Of a stretch of DNA of 64,000 nucleotides, positions 10,585 to 21,069 are shown piece by piece; the stretch's first letter is position 1, and each line of letters opens with the position of its first letter. The stretch is from Candidatus Sericytochromatia bacterium. GTDB taxonomy: Bacteria > Cyanobacteriota > Sericytochromatia > UBA7694. The DNA lies in contig JADMKE010000008.1 in the NCBI GenBank assembly GCA_018780035.1, forward strand, positions 7,778-71,777. Direction: 5' to 3'. The notes below the pieces were generated by a model. That model was not told the origin of the DNA, did no database searches, and saw only the letters and a list, made by a program, of their open reading frames with translations. Position numbers and translations under genes: made by a program.

Positions 10585-12055
10585 AAGTATGTATTTCAGT
10601 ATTATTATCAAAGATACATCCTCTGTCTCAAAAGGAATGGCTATTTGGATTCAATCCTCAAAAGATGAACTTCCTGGCGATAAAATTAAAGAACTTACAA
10701 AAGCGTCTCGAGAACTCAGTCTAATAGAGGGAGAGCAGCTGCAAACAGAGGTTTTAGTAGCATCCCCTACTTCTCTTGATATTCGTCCTATAAGCGAGTA
10801 TCTTTGGGGTGACGGTACACTGAATAGCTCTCGTTTGATTCGCCATCTTCAAGATTATAAATCAGGAAAAAGACCTCACCACTTTTTGCCAAGAGTGGGT
10901 ATTACCATTGTTATGGAAGAAGAGTTTATCGGTAGAAAAAGTGTCTTATCTGAACTCGAAGCCCACATTAAAGCTCATAAATCTTGTCATCTAAGGGCAC
11001 CTCGTCGCTATGGCAAATCCAGTTTACTCGGTATATTATCTACCAAATCAGATAATATAGTTATGCTGGAATTAAGTGATATGAGTACATTATCTGGATT
11101 TTTCAAGACCCTCTTAAGAGCCTGTATGCGTCATACCAAAGCCCAAGATATTCTCTTAGAAACGAAAATATTCCAATCCTGGCCAACTGAAAGTAGTCCA
11201 TCCAACTTTTCTCAAATATTCAATAAGGCCTTTGATGATTTAGAAAAAAAACACCAACACCAATTATTTAAAATAATACTTGAAACAATGGATATTTTAG
11301 CTGAAAATGGACTAGTTCTCTTTATTGATGAATTTAGTCTTTTTCTCAGGGATTTACACGAACATGACCAAGAGCAGTTAATTGTATTTCTTCAAGAGTT
11401 TCATCGACTTCGCACGAAAAAGTCTACGCCATTAGTTACCGTATTTTCAGGAAGTGCAGGGCTTTCCACCTATATGGAATTGTACGGGATGAAAGAGCTA
11501 TTTGACGACCTCATGACCGTAGATGTCTCTCCTATAAGTGCCAGTGAAGCCTACCTGCTTGCTGAAGAGTTGTTTTATGGGATGCAAAAACGTCCGATAC
11601 CAAATGCAATTGAGCGGCTAGTTGAATTTACGGGTATGGAGGAAACCATTCCTTATTTTGTACAGGCTCTGGCATCTTATACGTGTGAACAAGCGGGTTT
11701 AAGAAAGGAAATAACAACAGAAGATGTTGAAGAAGCCTATTATAATCGCCTATTGGGGCCAGCGGGAAATGTCTGTTTCCGTGATTTTATCTTGCGTGAG
11801 CGCACTTACCCTAAGGAATATCGATTGAGTGCATCCAATATACTCAAACACTTATCAAAAATGGCCCCTGCAATTGTAACGGAAGAAGACTTACAAAAGT
11901 TATGCAAAGGAGGATGTGAGTTGAAGAAACTCATGACCTGTTTGGAAGAAGATTACGATATTGTGCCAGAAGGTAGTGGCTGGCGAATGCGTTCCAAAGT
12001 AATAGCTGATCGTTGGCGACTGGGAGAACCTTGGTTGACCACTGGAGGTAAGTAA
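10577..12055 (+). CDS. P-loop ATPase (AAA/STAND-like) with an uncharacterised N-terminal region of about 110 aa
   Basis: FIGR motif, Walker A APRRYGKSS, Walker B VLFIDEF, and IPYFVQ. Overlaps the upstream gene by 8 nt. Confidence 0.85.
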   Translation: MNKSMYFSIIIKDTSSVSKGMAIWIQSSKDELPGDKIKELTKASRELSLIEGEQLQTEVLVASPTSLDIRPISEYLWGDGTLNSSRLIRHLQDYKSGKRPHHFLPRVGITIVMEEEFIGRKSVLSELEAHIKAHKSCHLRAPRRYGKSSLLGILSTKSDNIVMLELSDMSTLSGFFKTLLRACMRHTKAQDILLETKIFQSWPTESSPSNFSQIFNKAFDDLEKKHQHQLFKIILETMDILAENGLVLFIDEFSLFLRDLHEHDQEQLIVFLQEFHRLRTKKSTPLVTVFSGSAGLSTYMELYGMKELFDDLMTVDVSPISASEAYLLAEELFYGMQKRPIPNAIERLVEFTGMEETIPYFVQALASYTCEQAGLRKEITTEDVEEAYYNRLLGPAGNVCFRDFILRERTYPKEYRLSASNILKHLSKMAPAIVTEEDLQKLCKGGCELKKLMTCLEEDYDIVPEGSGWRMRSKVIADRWRLGEPWLTTGGK

Positions 12056-15000
12056 TGGCTAGGCACCTCAATTATAATCCGGGCCGCGATTCGATCGAAT
12101 ACCTTGATGCGATTACACACGGAGAAAATCGTTTATATATTCTCGATCAGCTCTTGATCTCCTTGCGAGCCGAAATAGGTCGCCCCAACCATCAACATCA
12201 TCTATTAATTGGGCCCAGAGGAGCAGGAAAAACCCATTTACTCAGACTATTAACGGCAGGACGTATTCCACAAGAAGCAGGCTTGGCTAAAGCTTACTTG
12301 CCTTTGGTAATGCCAGAGGAAACATCTCTACGTACGCCAGGGGACTTACTTTTGAAATTCGTTGAACGGCTGGATAAGATTTTAAGTGATTCATCCCTTA
12401 TCCCAAGTACAGCTCAGCGCGAAGCAAGAGGAATTTGCAGCACAGCTCTCACAACAGCTAAAGCCATTCGCAACCCTCTTGAGCGCTTAAGTATCATGGC
12501 TGAAGCCTTGGATGCTGCAGCATCTACTTTAGGAAAGATTTTACTTCCGATCACTGAAAATATGAATCAAATTTTTTATCTAGGATCACAACGAAGTAGG
12601 CAGAGCACTTTAGCTGAACAATGGGCCTTACGTAGATATTTTCAAGAAACCCCTCATTTATTTTTAATTGCAGCAGCACCCAGTATTTTCGGCACAGTTG
12701 GTGATCCTGGTAAACCATTCTATGATTTTTTTCGTACCCACGAATTACAAGAACTCACCAATAATGAAGTCTTGGAGATTATTCATTTGAGGCTTCAACA
12801 AGAATTTCAAAATCCAAGTAACGATAAGCTCCGCTCTGAACGGGTTCATTGTCTACTTGAAAACTTCCATCAAAAATCCCCTCATTTAAGAGGTCTATTA
12901 ACAATTACTGGTGGACTTCCGCGTTTCACACATCTTATTTATGAAGTAATTGTTGAAACTGATGTTGATCAAGTCTTGGATACGCTCAATCATTTTCTGG
13001 ACGATTTAACTCCTTATTTTCAGACTAGGCTGGATCCTAGTATATTCCCACAAGCGGAAATGGATCTCTTGCATACTTTGGCTTTAGCCCGTGGTCCGCA
13101 ACAACCATCAGAACTTGCAGAAGAACTCTATGGGGTCGGCACCAACGAGATTTCTGAATTGTTGAATCGCTTGCAAGAACGGGGATTAGTCAAACGTGCA
13201 GGCAGACCTGGCGGAAAAGCTGTAACATGGGATCTAACTGAACCGTTATATCGGATTTGGACTCAATTTCGAAATTACCCAGATGAGAAAAATCTGTATA
13301 GATTCTTAAGTAATTTTGTATCTTTATTATTTAATATTGATGAAATAAAAAACGAAATAGATCAATTATCAGAAAAATTATCAATTTTATCAGAAAAAGA
13401 CCCTGGATGGAAACCCTATAAATCCAGGAAGAATCTTTTAGATGAGGCTTATTCAAAACTTATCTCAGAAACACAAAAACTGATAAATGATTTCATAAAA
13501 AAAATAAATAATGAAGAAACTGATTTACAAAAAACAATAAAAGAAATTCGCACAGAAAGCATAAATAACCCTAACAATATAATTTACCAATATAAGCTAG
13601 CATTGATAATTTTTAAATTAATCAGTAGCACACACGACAGTAACACTCAAAGTGAAAGTATTTTATTATTAGATGAATTAAGACAATTAAGCCATAATTT
13701 CCCTAAAGATAATTATCTAAAAGAAATATTATCTAAAAGTATTTTTAATATAATTGTAGATTTTATTAAAAATGAAGAAAATATAAAAAATTATACATCT
13801 CTAATAAATGAATTAAAAATAATGAGTGAAAAAAATACGAAAAACTTAACTATAGCAAAAGAATTCAGTAAAGCACTAGTAAATTTAACATATCATTATT
13901 CAAGAACAGAGGAAATAGATCCAATAAAAAATATTATGAATGATTTAGATATATTGAGTAAAAAATATCCTCTAGAGACATTTTTTCGTGAAAGCTTAGC
14001 TAATGCTTTTGTTAACTCAATATACATTTCAGTAATAACAAAAGATAAAAATTTATGCCTTTATTTTTTAAATGAGCTAAGAAAATTAAGTTCAAATCAC
14101 CCAAAAGAAATGATTTTGCATGAAAATCTCTCTACAGCATTGATGAACTCTATCAATGATCCTATGGACATATATGATATAAAAGATTATTTTCAGTTTT
14201 TAAATGAGTTACAGAACTTACATCAATCATATGTCAATGAAAAATCAATATTAGAAAATCTAGCAAGAGGTATTGTAAATGTCATTTCTAAACTTGGGAA
14301 GAAAAATAGAATTAATGAAGCTAATAAATTCTTAAAAAAAATAGAAGAATTAGCAAGTAAAAACCAAGAAAATAATGATTTACAATATATTTTATCTCAA
14401 TCAATTTTCAACATAATAATTTCTTTAGTTAAAAATAAAAATGTAAAAAAATCTTTAAAATACTTAGAAAAGTTGACTTTATTAAATAAAGTAGCAGTAA
14501 ATCCATTAATCCAGCACACTTTAGCAAAAGGTCTTTTTAATATAATCACAGAACTAGGAGATCTCGGCGAATTCAATATTGCGTTTAAATATTTTGAAGA
14601 ATTGCGCGAAATATCAATAAAAAATTCATTAAATTATAATATTATAGAAAATACGACAAAAGCATTAGTTAATTTAACTTATGATACTGCAAATAATAAA
14701 ATGGAAACTGAATGTTTATTATTTTTAAAAGAATTACATTTCTTGTATTTAGAACATTCTAATGAGTCATTTATACAACAAGGTTTAGCAAAAGGATTAA
14801 TCAGTGCCATTTATGGAATGATAAAAGTAGACAATTTTGATAAATATATGGTTTTATTAAATGAATTAATAACAATAAATTATAAACATTTTAATAATGA
14901 TTCTGTTCAAAAAATTACAATTCAAGGTTTTTTTAAAATAATATCTATAACAACCCGCAACTCTAACATCAGGTATTACCAAAAATTCTTAAATGCGCTA

Positions 15001-15297
15001 TTTGAATGGTTTAATCAATACTCTGATGAAAAAACCAGTGAAACCGTAAATAGTGTTCTAACAGTACATTGCATCTTATTGCTTTCACAAATGAAATCAG
15101 GAAACTCAGTCTCTGCTAAGGAGAATATGCAATGGCTGCAAACAAATATCCCGCATCAACTAACCAATCATCTTCAACCGATGATTTTAGCAATGAATAC
15201 ACTCGAAAAAGGAGAAGATCAAGCACTAGCACGTGAACCAGAAGAAATGCGACGTGTAGTTCGACTTATCTTAGAGGAGGCTGAAAAAAAACAATAA
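12055..15297 (+). CDS. STAND-like ATPase + winged HTH + C-terminal helical (TPR-like) repeats
   Basis: Walker A GPRGAGKT, GGLPR, wHTH-like PSELAEELYGVGTNEISELLNRLQERGLV, and about 10 repeats of about 45 aa (LxELxxL...LxxAlxN). TAATG overlap with the upstream gene. Confidence 0.85.
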   Translation: MARHLNYNPGRDSIEYLDAITHGENRLYILDQLLISLRAEIGRPNHQHHLLIGPRGAGKTHLLRLLTAGRIPQEAGLAKAYLPLVMPEETSLRTPGDLLLKFVERLDKILSDSSLIPSTAQREARGICSTALTTAKAIRNPLERLSIMAEALDAAASTLGKILLPITENMNQIFYLGSQRSRQSTLAEQWALRRYFQETPHLFLIAAAPSIFGTVGDPGKPFYDFFRTHELQELTNNEVLEIIHLRLQQEFQNPSNDKLRSERVHCLLENFHQKSPHLRGLLTITGGLPRFTHLIYEVIVETDVDQVLDTLNHFLDDLTPYFQTRLDPSIFPQAEMDLLHTLALARGPQQPSELAEELYGVGTNEISELLNRLQERGLVKRAGRPGGKAVTWDLTEPLYRIWTQFRNYPDEKNLYRFLSNFVSLLFNIDEIKNEIDQLSEKLSILSEKDPGWKPYKSRKNLLDEAYSKLISETQKLINDFIKKINNEETDLQKTIKEIRTESINNPNNIIYQYKLALIIFKLISSTHDSNTQSESILLLDELRQLSHNFPKDNYLKEILSKSIFNIIVDFIKNEENIKNYTSLINELKIMSEKNTKNLTIAKEFSKALVNLTYHYSRTEEIDPIKNIMNDLDILSKKYPLETFFRESLANAFVNSIYISVITKDKNLCLYFLNELRKLSSNHPKEMILHENLSTALMNSINDPMDIYDIKDYFQFLNELQNLHQSYVNEKSILENLARGIVNVISKLGKKNRINEANKFLKKIEELASKNQENNDLQYILSQSIFNIIISLVKNKNVKKSLKYLEKLTLLNKVAVNPLIQHTLAKGLFNIITELGDLGEFNIAFKYFEELREISIKNSLNYNIIENTTKALVNLTYDTANNKMETECLLFLKELHFLYLEHSNESFIQQGLAKGLISAIYGMIKVDNFDKYMVLLNELITINYKHFNNDSVQKITIQGFFKIISITTRNSNIRYYQKFLNALFEWFNQYSDEKTSETVNSVLTVHCILLLSQMKSGNSVSAKENMQWLQTNIPHQLTNHLQPMILAMNTLEKGEDQALAREPEEMRRVVRLILEEAEKKQ

Positions 15298-15323
15298 ATT
15301 TCTCCGATTTTCCCTATTTCAAT

Positions 15324-15595
15324 TCAGGCAGCCCTATGGAAGTCATGATGATCGAAGCCGGAGGGAAGCGTTATAGTGATGAATGAAATTCCAAAGGGAT
15401 GCCTTATGGTGTTCAATTTTTTTTTCGAAAAAGAAAGCGTTTTCCGAATAATCCTGGATATGCGTTGACGAAAAGTATTATTAAGGCGCTCAATATAGCA
15501 GGTTTTTCCTTTTTCTTTTCCCACTGCTTTGTAGCGTTTCGGAGATAGGACCAGTGCATAGGCCTCCCAAAAATCTGTATGGATAAAAGCACAGC
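15324..15595 (-). mobile_element. IS1-family transposase 3' fragment
   Basis: Minus strand reads HTDFWEAY...GKTCYIERLNNTFRQRISRIIRKTLSFSKK, a typical IS1 DDE C-terminal segment. Confidence 0.75.
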
Positions 15596-16522
15596 AATGC
15601 TGTCTCCATTGAATGGGTCAACGAAGCCCAGACCCGCTTGTTTTCTGCCTTGGGAGACTGGTACTCAGGGTCTTTGAGCAATGGATTCACCATTTGCGCT
15701 GCCGTACGTTTATGCGCTTGTGTGGTATAAACTGCTGCCACCGTAGCCAAGCGCTTTCGATTGCTCTTTTCACCCCGAGATAAGCGCTTTTCTAGCTTTT
15801 GGGAACGGGCTTTGTTCTGGGTCTGTGCAGTCAGACCTTCAAAACGCATGTTGACGCCCTTGCCATCAAAACTCATGACCAAATATTCTTCAGATTTGAG
15901 TTCGGGAGGCAGTGATTGGGCGTAAAACGCCTCAAAATCCACCATCGCACCCTCAACGCACTCAAGGGCTTGGCGCTTGGGAATATGCCCAGGATACAAA
16001 GGCAAAAGCTGCTCTGAGGCTGAATCGTAAGAAAGGTCAGCAACTTTGTGGCAGATTGTTTTCTGAAGCAGGAAACTGTAGCTGCTTGTCGGCAGGTTTA
16101 ACTCACTGTCGAGTGGGTGCTGAGAGCTTTGCCCATACTGGCTCAATGCGGGACGTTTGACGCCGACCTTGCCAAAGAGGGTCTGTAATTGTCGTTTGTG
16201 CAAGCGTTTGGCTGCAGGAGTTTTGGCTTGAGCGCTCAAGGTTACTTTATTGAGCTGGTCTTGAATGATCTGGCGCAGAACCTCTGGCCCTTGTGTTTTC
16301 ACATGGCTTTCGAGTTGGTAGACATCCCACTGGGGCTCCAAATGGCTACATAATTGTGTGAATTTTTCGATGGAGGCTTCAAATCCGGTCAAAGGCAGGT
16401 TATTATTGAGCATAAGTAGTTTGGTTTTTGGTTTCACCAAATACCATTTTTTTTTGCTCATGGCTACCCCTTTCCCGCTCTACACATTGTTCTCAGGCCA
16501 AAAACCAAAAGGAACTACACCC
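15596..16522 (-). mobile_element. Truncated ISKra4-like insertion sequence (transposase 5' part)
   Basis: DGKGVNMR...KRLSRGEKSNRKRLATVAAVY...NKRVWASL, after which homology breaks. Putative IS end GGGTGTAGTTCC on the minus strand starting at 16522. Confidence 0.7.
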
Positions 16523-17983
16523 AAAGCCAAACCCAAACTCCTGCCCTTTTTAAAAGCCGAAGATCAAGACCTCCGGGCATGGGCCTTTGACTATTTGAGT
16601 GAAAAACAGGCCTGGGAATGGTCTGAACTCTGGGCATTGCTCAACCAAGGTGATACCTGGAGTCAAAGCCGGGTCCTCAACTATTTGCCCACTGTCACCC
16701 CCTCTTCGGAAGCGGCCAAAGCGGAGTTGACTCCGTGGCTAGAAGCAAGATTGGCGCAGGCTTCGCCGGAAGAGCTATACCCCTTGAGTCAGATTCTGGC
16801 AACTTGGCAAATAAATGAACTGCTCTCGCCGTTCTTAAAGCGCTGGCAAGCGCTTTTGCAAATTGAAAAAAGCAGTTATTATCATGGCGCAATTTTTCCC
16901 CAATTGCTGTTTTGGCAGTCCCAGGCCGCACTTTCACTGTGTGAAGAGAAAGGGTTTGCAGACACATTCTGCTCAGACTGGGTCTTGGCGGGTAAATATG
17001 CCCCGGCTCAGTTTGCCACTTTTCAAAGCTGGCTTCAAAGCAAGCAAAGCCATCTGCCTTTATTGGCCCTGAAAGTGCTGAGTGAGACAAAAGTAGCAGC
17101 CCAAAGCCCGTATCTGCCCACAGTCAAAGCGTTCTTGCCCACAAATCAAGAACAACAGGTGGCCCGCTTGCAATACCTCTTTCGCTATCAGCAATACGAT
17201 TCAGCGGATTTCGAACACGTCATCAATTGGCTAAAAGGCGACGAAAATGGGCACCCTGGTTGGTCTGTGCTCAGGTATTTTCAAACCGAAGCTCTGCAAG
17301 CCCTGCTCAAGCGCTTGAATGAATTGCCCGTTTCTGTGCAAAGTGGTGTGGTGTCAGAAATTGCAGGCCGGGCAGAACCTCATTTTCAGGCAGATCTGGT
17401 CAGGTTTTTAAACCAGCCCGAGCTGGTAAAAGACGCAGCCTTGGGCCTGATTCACTTGGGAGCCCCCGAAGGCCAAAAATACATCCCCCGTTTATTGGCA
17501 GATTCAGACTCAGCGCAAGATACACTCACGTCTTTAAGTGAAATGCTCAAACAGGGCCCCTGCCCAGGTTATGCTTCACTGGCCGCTTTTTTAAAAAGTC
17601 CCCCAGATTGGGACTATAATGATTTGGATTATTATATTAGCCCAGTGCTGAGTGGCTGCGTAAAACACGACAAAACCTTTGCGGCCGAATTGCTCGCCCA
17701 CAAAGCAGAACAGGCCGAGGTTCTCAGAGAGTTCATCGACAAAGCCCTGGCGGCACATCCGGCCCAAATCGCGCCCGCATTTTTCCACAGCCAGGCAGAA
17801 ATCTTGAAAAAGAGCCTGGACGTTGAAGAAATTCTCAGCAGCCTGCATTGGCTGGGTCTCAGCGGGAATCCCGACTGGGTTCCCCTGGTCAGCCCGTTTA
17901 CGGGCGACAAAAACAAAGACATTGCCAACAAAGCCGAAGCTGTTTTAAACCAATTAAACCAACCCAAAGTCACTCAACGCTGA
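16523..17983 (+). pseudogene. HEAT-repeat-like helical protein, probably 5'-truncated by the IS
   Basis: The open frame 16358-17983 starts inside the IS. HEAT-like segments (LHWLGLSGNPDWVPLVSPFTGDKNKDIANKAEAVL) lie downstream of the IS end. Confidence 0.55.
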
Positions 17984-17991
17984 GCCTTCAG

Positions 17992-20900
17992 CTAAAGCCC
18001 CACTTCGGCCAGCACCGCTTCGACATCATCTTTTGGCACATTCGACTTGCGCCCAGTTAATTTGTCAAAATAGACATAGAGCACAGGCGTGATATACAGC
18101 GTGAGCAATTGGGAGACCACCAAGCCCCCCAACACGGCCAAACCGAGTGAACGGCGTGGCCCTTCGGCCCAGGCAATCGGCAAGGTGCCCATCAGCGCGG
18201 CAAAGGTCGTCATCATAATCGGGCGAAAGCGCACCAAACAGGCCTCATAAATCGCATCTTGGGCAGAGGTATCCTGATTGCGCTGCACTTCCAGGGCAAA
18301 GTCGATCATCATGATGGCGTTCTTTTTGACTATCCCAATCAGCAGGATCAGGCCCAAGAACCCGTAGATATTGAGTTCTTGGTCAAAGAGCATCAACGCA
18401 CCCAAAGCCCCCAGGCCCGCAGGCGGGAGCCCCGAAAGAATCGTGATCGGGTGAATAAAACTCTCATACAAAATCCCCAGCACCAGATAAATCACCAGCA
18501 CCGCCAGCAAAAGCAACCAGCCCAGCCCCTGAAGTGAATCCTGAAAAATCTGGGCCGTGCCCTGAAACTGGGTGCGCACATTGCTCGGAAGGGTTGTGTT
18601 GGCCATCGCTTGAATTTTATTGACGACGTCCCCCAGGGCCACCTCGGGCGGCAAATTAAACGAAATACTGGTCGCCGGAAAGGGCCCCAAATGGTTGACG
18701 GTTAAGGGTCCCACCGTTCGCTCCAATTCGGTGACCGTACTCAGGGGCACCAGCTCGCGACTGGCTGAGCGCACAAAGATCTGATCGAGGGCGTTGAGAT
18801 TGTGTTGGTAGTCTGGACTCAGCTCCATAATCACCTGGTAATCGTTGGTAGGCGCATAAATGGTGGAGATTTGACGGGTGCCAAAAGCACTGCTCAAGGC
18901 GCTTTCAACCTGTTCTTGGGTCAAACCCAAAGCCGAAGCTTTGTCGCGGTTCACCGTCATCATCACCTGGGGGTTTTTGAGTTGCACATCGCTGCTCACA
19001 TCCAGCAGCCCGGGGATTTCCTGCAAGGCCTTTTCCAGCGCTGCTGTGCCTTTGTAGAGGGCATCGGTATCCGGGCTGAGCAAAGTCAGCTGGTAAGCGG
19101 CTTTGCTCGGACGCCCCCCGGTGAGACGAATGCTCTGGGGAATCTGCATAAAGGCCTGAATGCCCGAAATACCCCCCAATTTGGGGCGCAATTCTTTGAC
19201 CACGTCTTCGACATGTTTGCGTTGGCCAGGGGGCTTGAGCACAATAAACATGCGTCCGGAATTGCTGCCATCGATGCTCGACATAACAGCTGCCACATTG
19301 GGATTTTTGCGCACAGTGGCCACAGCTTTGGTCTGAAAGGCCACCATGTCTTTAAACGGGGCCCCTTGCACGGCCTCATAGATGCCCGAAATCTGACCGG
19401 TATCGTCGGTGGGCATAAAGCCTTTGGGGGTTTTGTCAAAGAGCCAGACGGTCAAAGCCGTCAGTCCCAGAAAGACCAAGAGCACCAAGGGTTTCATGCG
19501 CATACACAGCGCCAAACTCATGCGATAGCCCTCATTCATCAGCTTAAAGCCCCACTCAGCAACGGCAATCACAGGGTTTGGTTTGCCATGGTTCAGTTTG
19601 AGATAACGGCTGCAGAGCATCGGCGTGAGGCTGAGAGAGATCGCCCCCGAAACAAGAATGGCCACGGCCATGGTGACCGCAAATTCATTAAAGAGCCGCC
19701 CGAGCAGGCCGCCCATAAACAGAATCGGAATAAACACAGCCGTCAGCGACAGGGTCATCGAAAGAATCGTAAAGCCAATTTCTTGGGTGCCTTTGACGGC
19801 CGCTTCAAAAGGAGACAGGCCCTTTTCGAGGTAGCGCATGATATTTTCAAGCACCACAATCGCATCATCCACGACAAAACCCACGCAGAGCGTCAGGGCC
19901 ATCAGCGAGAGATTGTTGAGACTAAAACCCAAGAGTGCCATTGCGGCAAAGGTGCCCACAATCGCCATCGGCAAGGCCAGAGAGGCAATCCAGGTGGCCG
20001 AAAAGTTGCCCAAAAACAGGTAGATCACCAGCACCACCAAGCCAATGGTCAGCAGCAGAGTAAATTGCACGTCGTCAACCGAATGGCGAATCGATTTGGA
20101 GCGGTCAAAGAGCACGCCGATGGAGACCGCCGGGGGCAGGTCTTTTTGAATCTGGGGCAGCATGGCTTTGATATTGTCGATCAGGCGAATGGTATTGGTG
20201 CCCGGCTGTTTCTGGATCGCGAGCACAATCGCCCGCTGGCCATTAAACCAACTGGCCTGGCGGGTGTTTTCCACACTGTCGATCACCTGGGCCAATTCGC
20301 CGAGATAGACCGGGGCCCCTTCGCGGTAGGCCACCACCAATTTGCTGAAGGCCTCGGCGTTCATCAGAAAATTATTCGATTTAATCGTGTAGTTTTTTTC
20401 GTCGGCAAAAACCGTGCCCATCGGCAGATTGGAATTGCCCTGGCGCACAGCGGCAGCCACTTCGTCGATGCCCAAATTGCGGGCCGTGAGCAAAAGGGGA
20501 TCCAATTGAATCCGCACAGCGTATTTCTGCGAGCCAAAGACATTGACCTGGGCCACGCCATTGATCATGGAGACGCGCTGGGCAATCATTTTGTCGGCAA
20601 ATTCATTGACCTGGTACAGCGGCAGGGTCTTGGAAGAAACTGTTAAAAAAAACACGGGCTGATCGCCCGGATTGACCTTGCGCAAAGTCGGCGGAGCAGG
20701 CAAATTTTGTGGCAATTTGCGAATTGCGGTGGAAATCGCAGCTTGCACGTCTTGGGCGGCGGCATCAATGCTGCGGGAGAGATTAAATTGCAAACTGATC
20801 TGGACTGAACCCAGCGAAGAAGAAGAAGTCATCGAATCAAGCCCGGCAATGCTCGAAAACTCGGCCTCCAGAGGCGTGGCCACAGACGAGGCCATGGTGC

Positions 20901-21069
20901 CCGGATTGGCGCCCGGCAAATTGGCACTGACCGTGATCGTGGGGAACTCGACATTGGGCAAATCGCTGACCGGCAATTGGCGATAGCCCACCAAGCCAAA
21001 GAGCAGCAAACCGAGCATCATCAGGGTCGTGGCAATCGGGCGGCGAATAAAAAACGCGATCGGGTTCAC
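17992..21069 (-). CDS. RND efflux permease (AcrB/MdtB-C family)
   Basis: 1025 aa. FIRRPIAT start, VVDDAIVVLENI, GIVKKNAIMMIDFA, RFRPIMMTT. Confidence 0.95.
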   Translation of the reverse strand: MNPIAFFIRRPIATTLMMLGLLLFGLVGYRQLPVSDLPNVEFPTITVSANLPGANPGTMASSVATPLEAEFSSIAGLDSMTSSSSLGSVQISLQFNLSRSIDAAAQDVQAAISTAIRKLPQNLPAPPTLRKVNPGDQPVFFLTVSSKTLPLYQVNEFADKMIAQRVSMINGVAQVNVFGSQKYAVRIQLDPLLLTARNLGIDEVAAAVRQGNSNLPMGTVFADEKNYTIKSNNFLMNAEAFSKLVVAYREGAPVYLGELAQVIDSVENTRQASWFNGQRAIVLAIQKQPGTNTIRLIDNIKAMLPQIQKDLPPAVSIGVLFDRSKSIRHSVDDVQFTLLLTIGLVVLVIYLFLGNFSATWIASLALPMAIVGTFAAMALLGFSLNNLSLMALTLCVGFVVDDAIVVLENIMRYLEKGLSPFEAAVKGTQEIGFTILSMTLSLTAVFIPILFMGGLLGRLFNEFAVTMAVAILVSGAISLSLTPMLCSRYLKLNHGKPNPVIAVAEWGFKLMNEGYRMSLALCMRMKPLVLLVFLGLTALTVWLFDKTPKGFMPTDDTGQISGIYEAVQGAPFKDMVAFQTKAVATVRKNPNVAAVMSSIDGSNSGRMFIVLKPPGQRKHVEDVVKELRPKLGGISGIQAFMQIPQSIRLTGGRPSKAAYQLTLLSPDTDALYKGTAALEKALQEIPGLLDVSSDVQLKNPQVMMTVNRDKASALGLTQEQVESALSSAFGTRQISTIYAPTNDYQVIMELSPDYQHNLNALDQIFVRSASRELVPLSTVTELERTVGPLTVNHLGPFPATSISFNLPPEVALGDVVNKIQAMANTTLPSNVRTQFQGTAQIFQDSLQGLGWLLLLAVLVIYLVLGILYESFIHPITILSGLPPAGLGALGALMLFDQELNIYGFLGLILLIGIVKKNAIMMIDFALEVQRNQDTSAQDAIYEACLVRFRPIMMTTFAALMGTLPIAWAEGPRRSLGLAVLGGLVVSQLLTLYITPVLYVYFDKLTGRKSNVPKDDVEAVLAEVGL

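Noticed and set aside
18802..20646. 614-aa plus-strand ORF and other long antisense ORFs (e.g. 6439-7458, 38737-39615)
   Set aside because: These are shadow frames opposite well-supported genes in GC-rich DNA.
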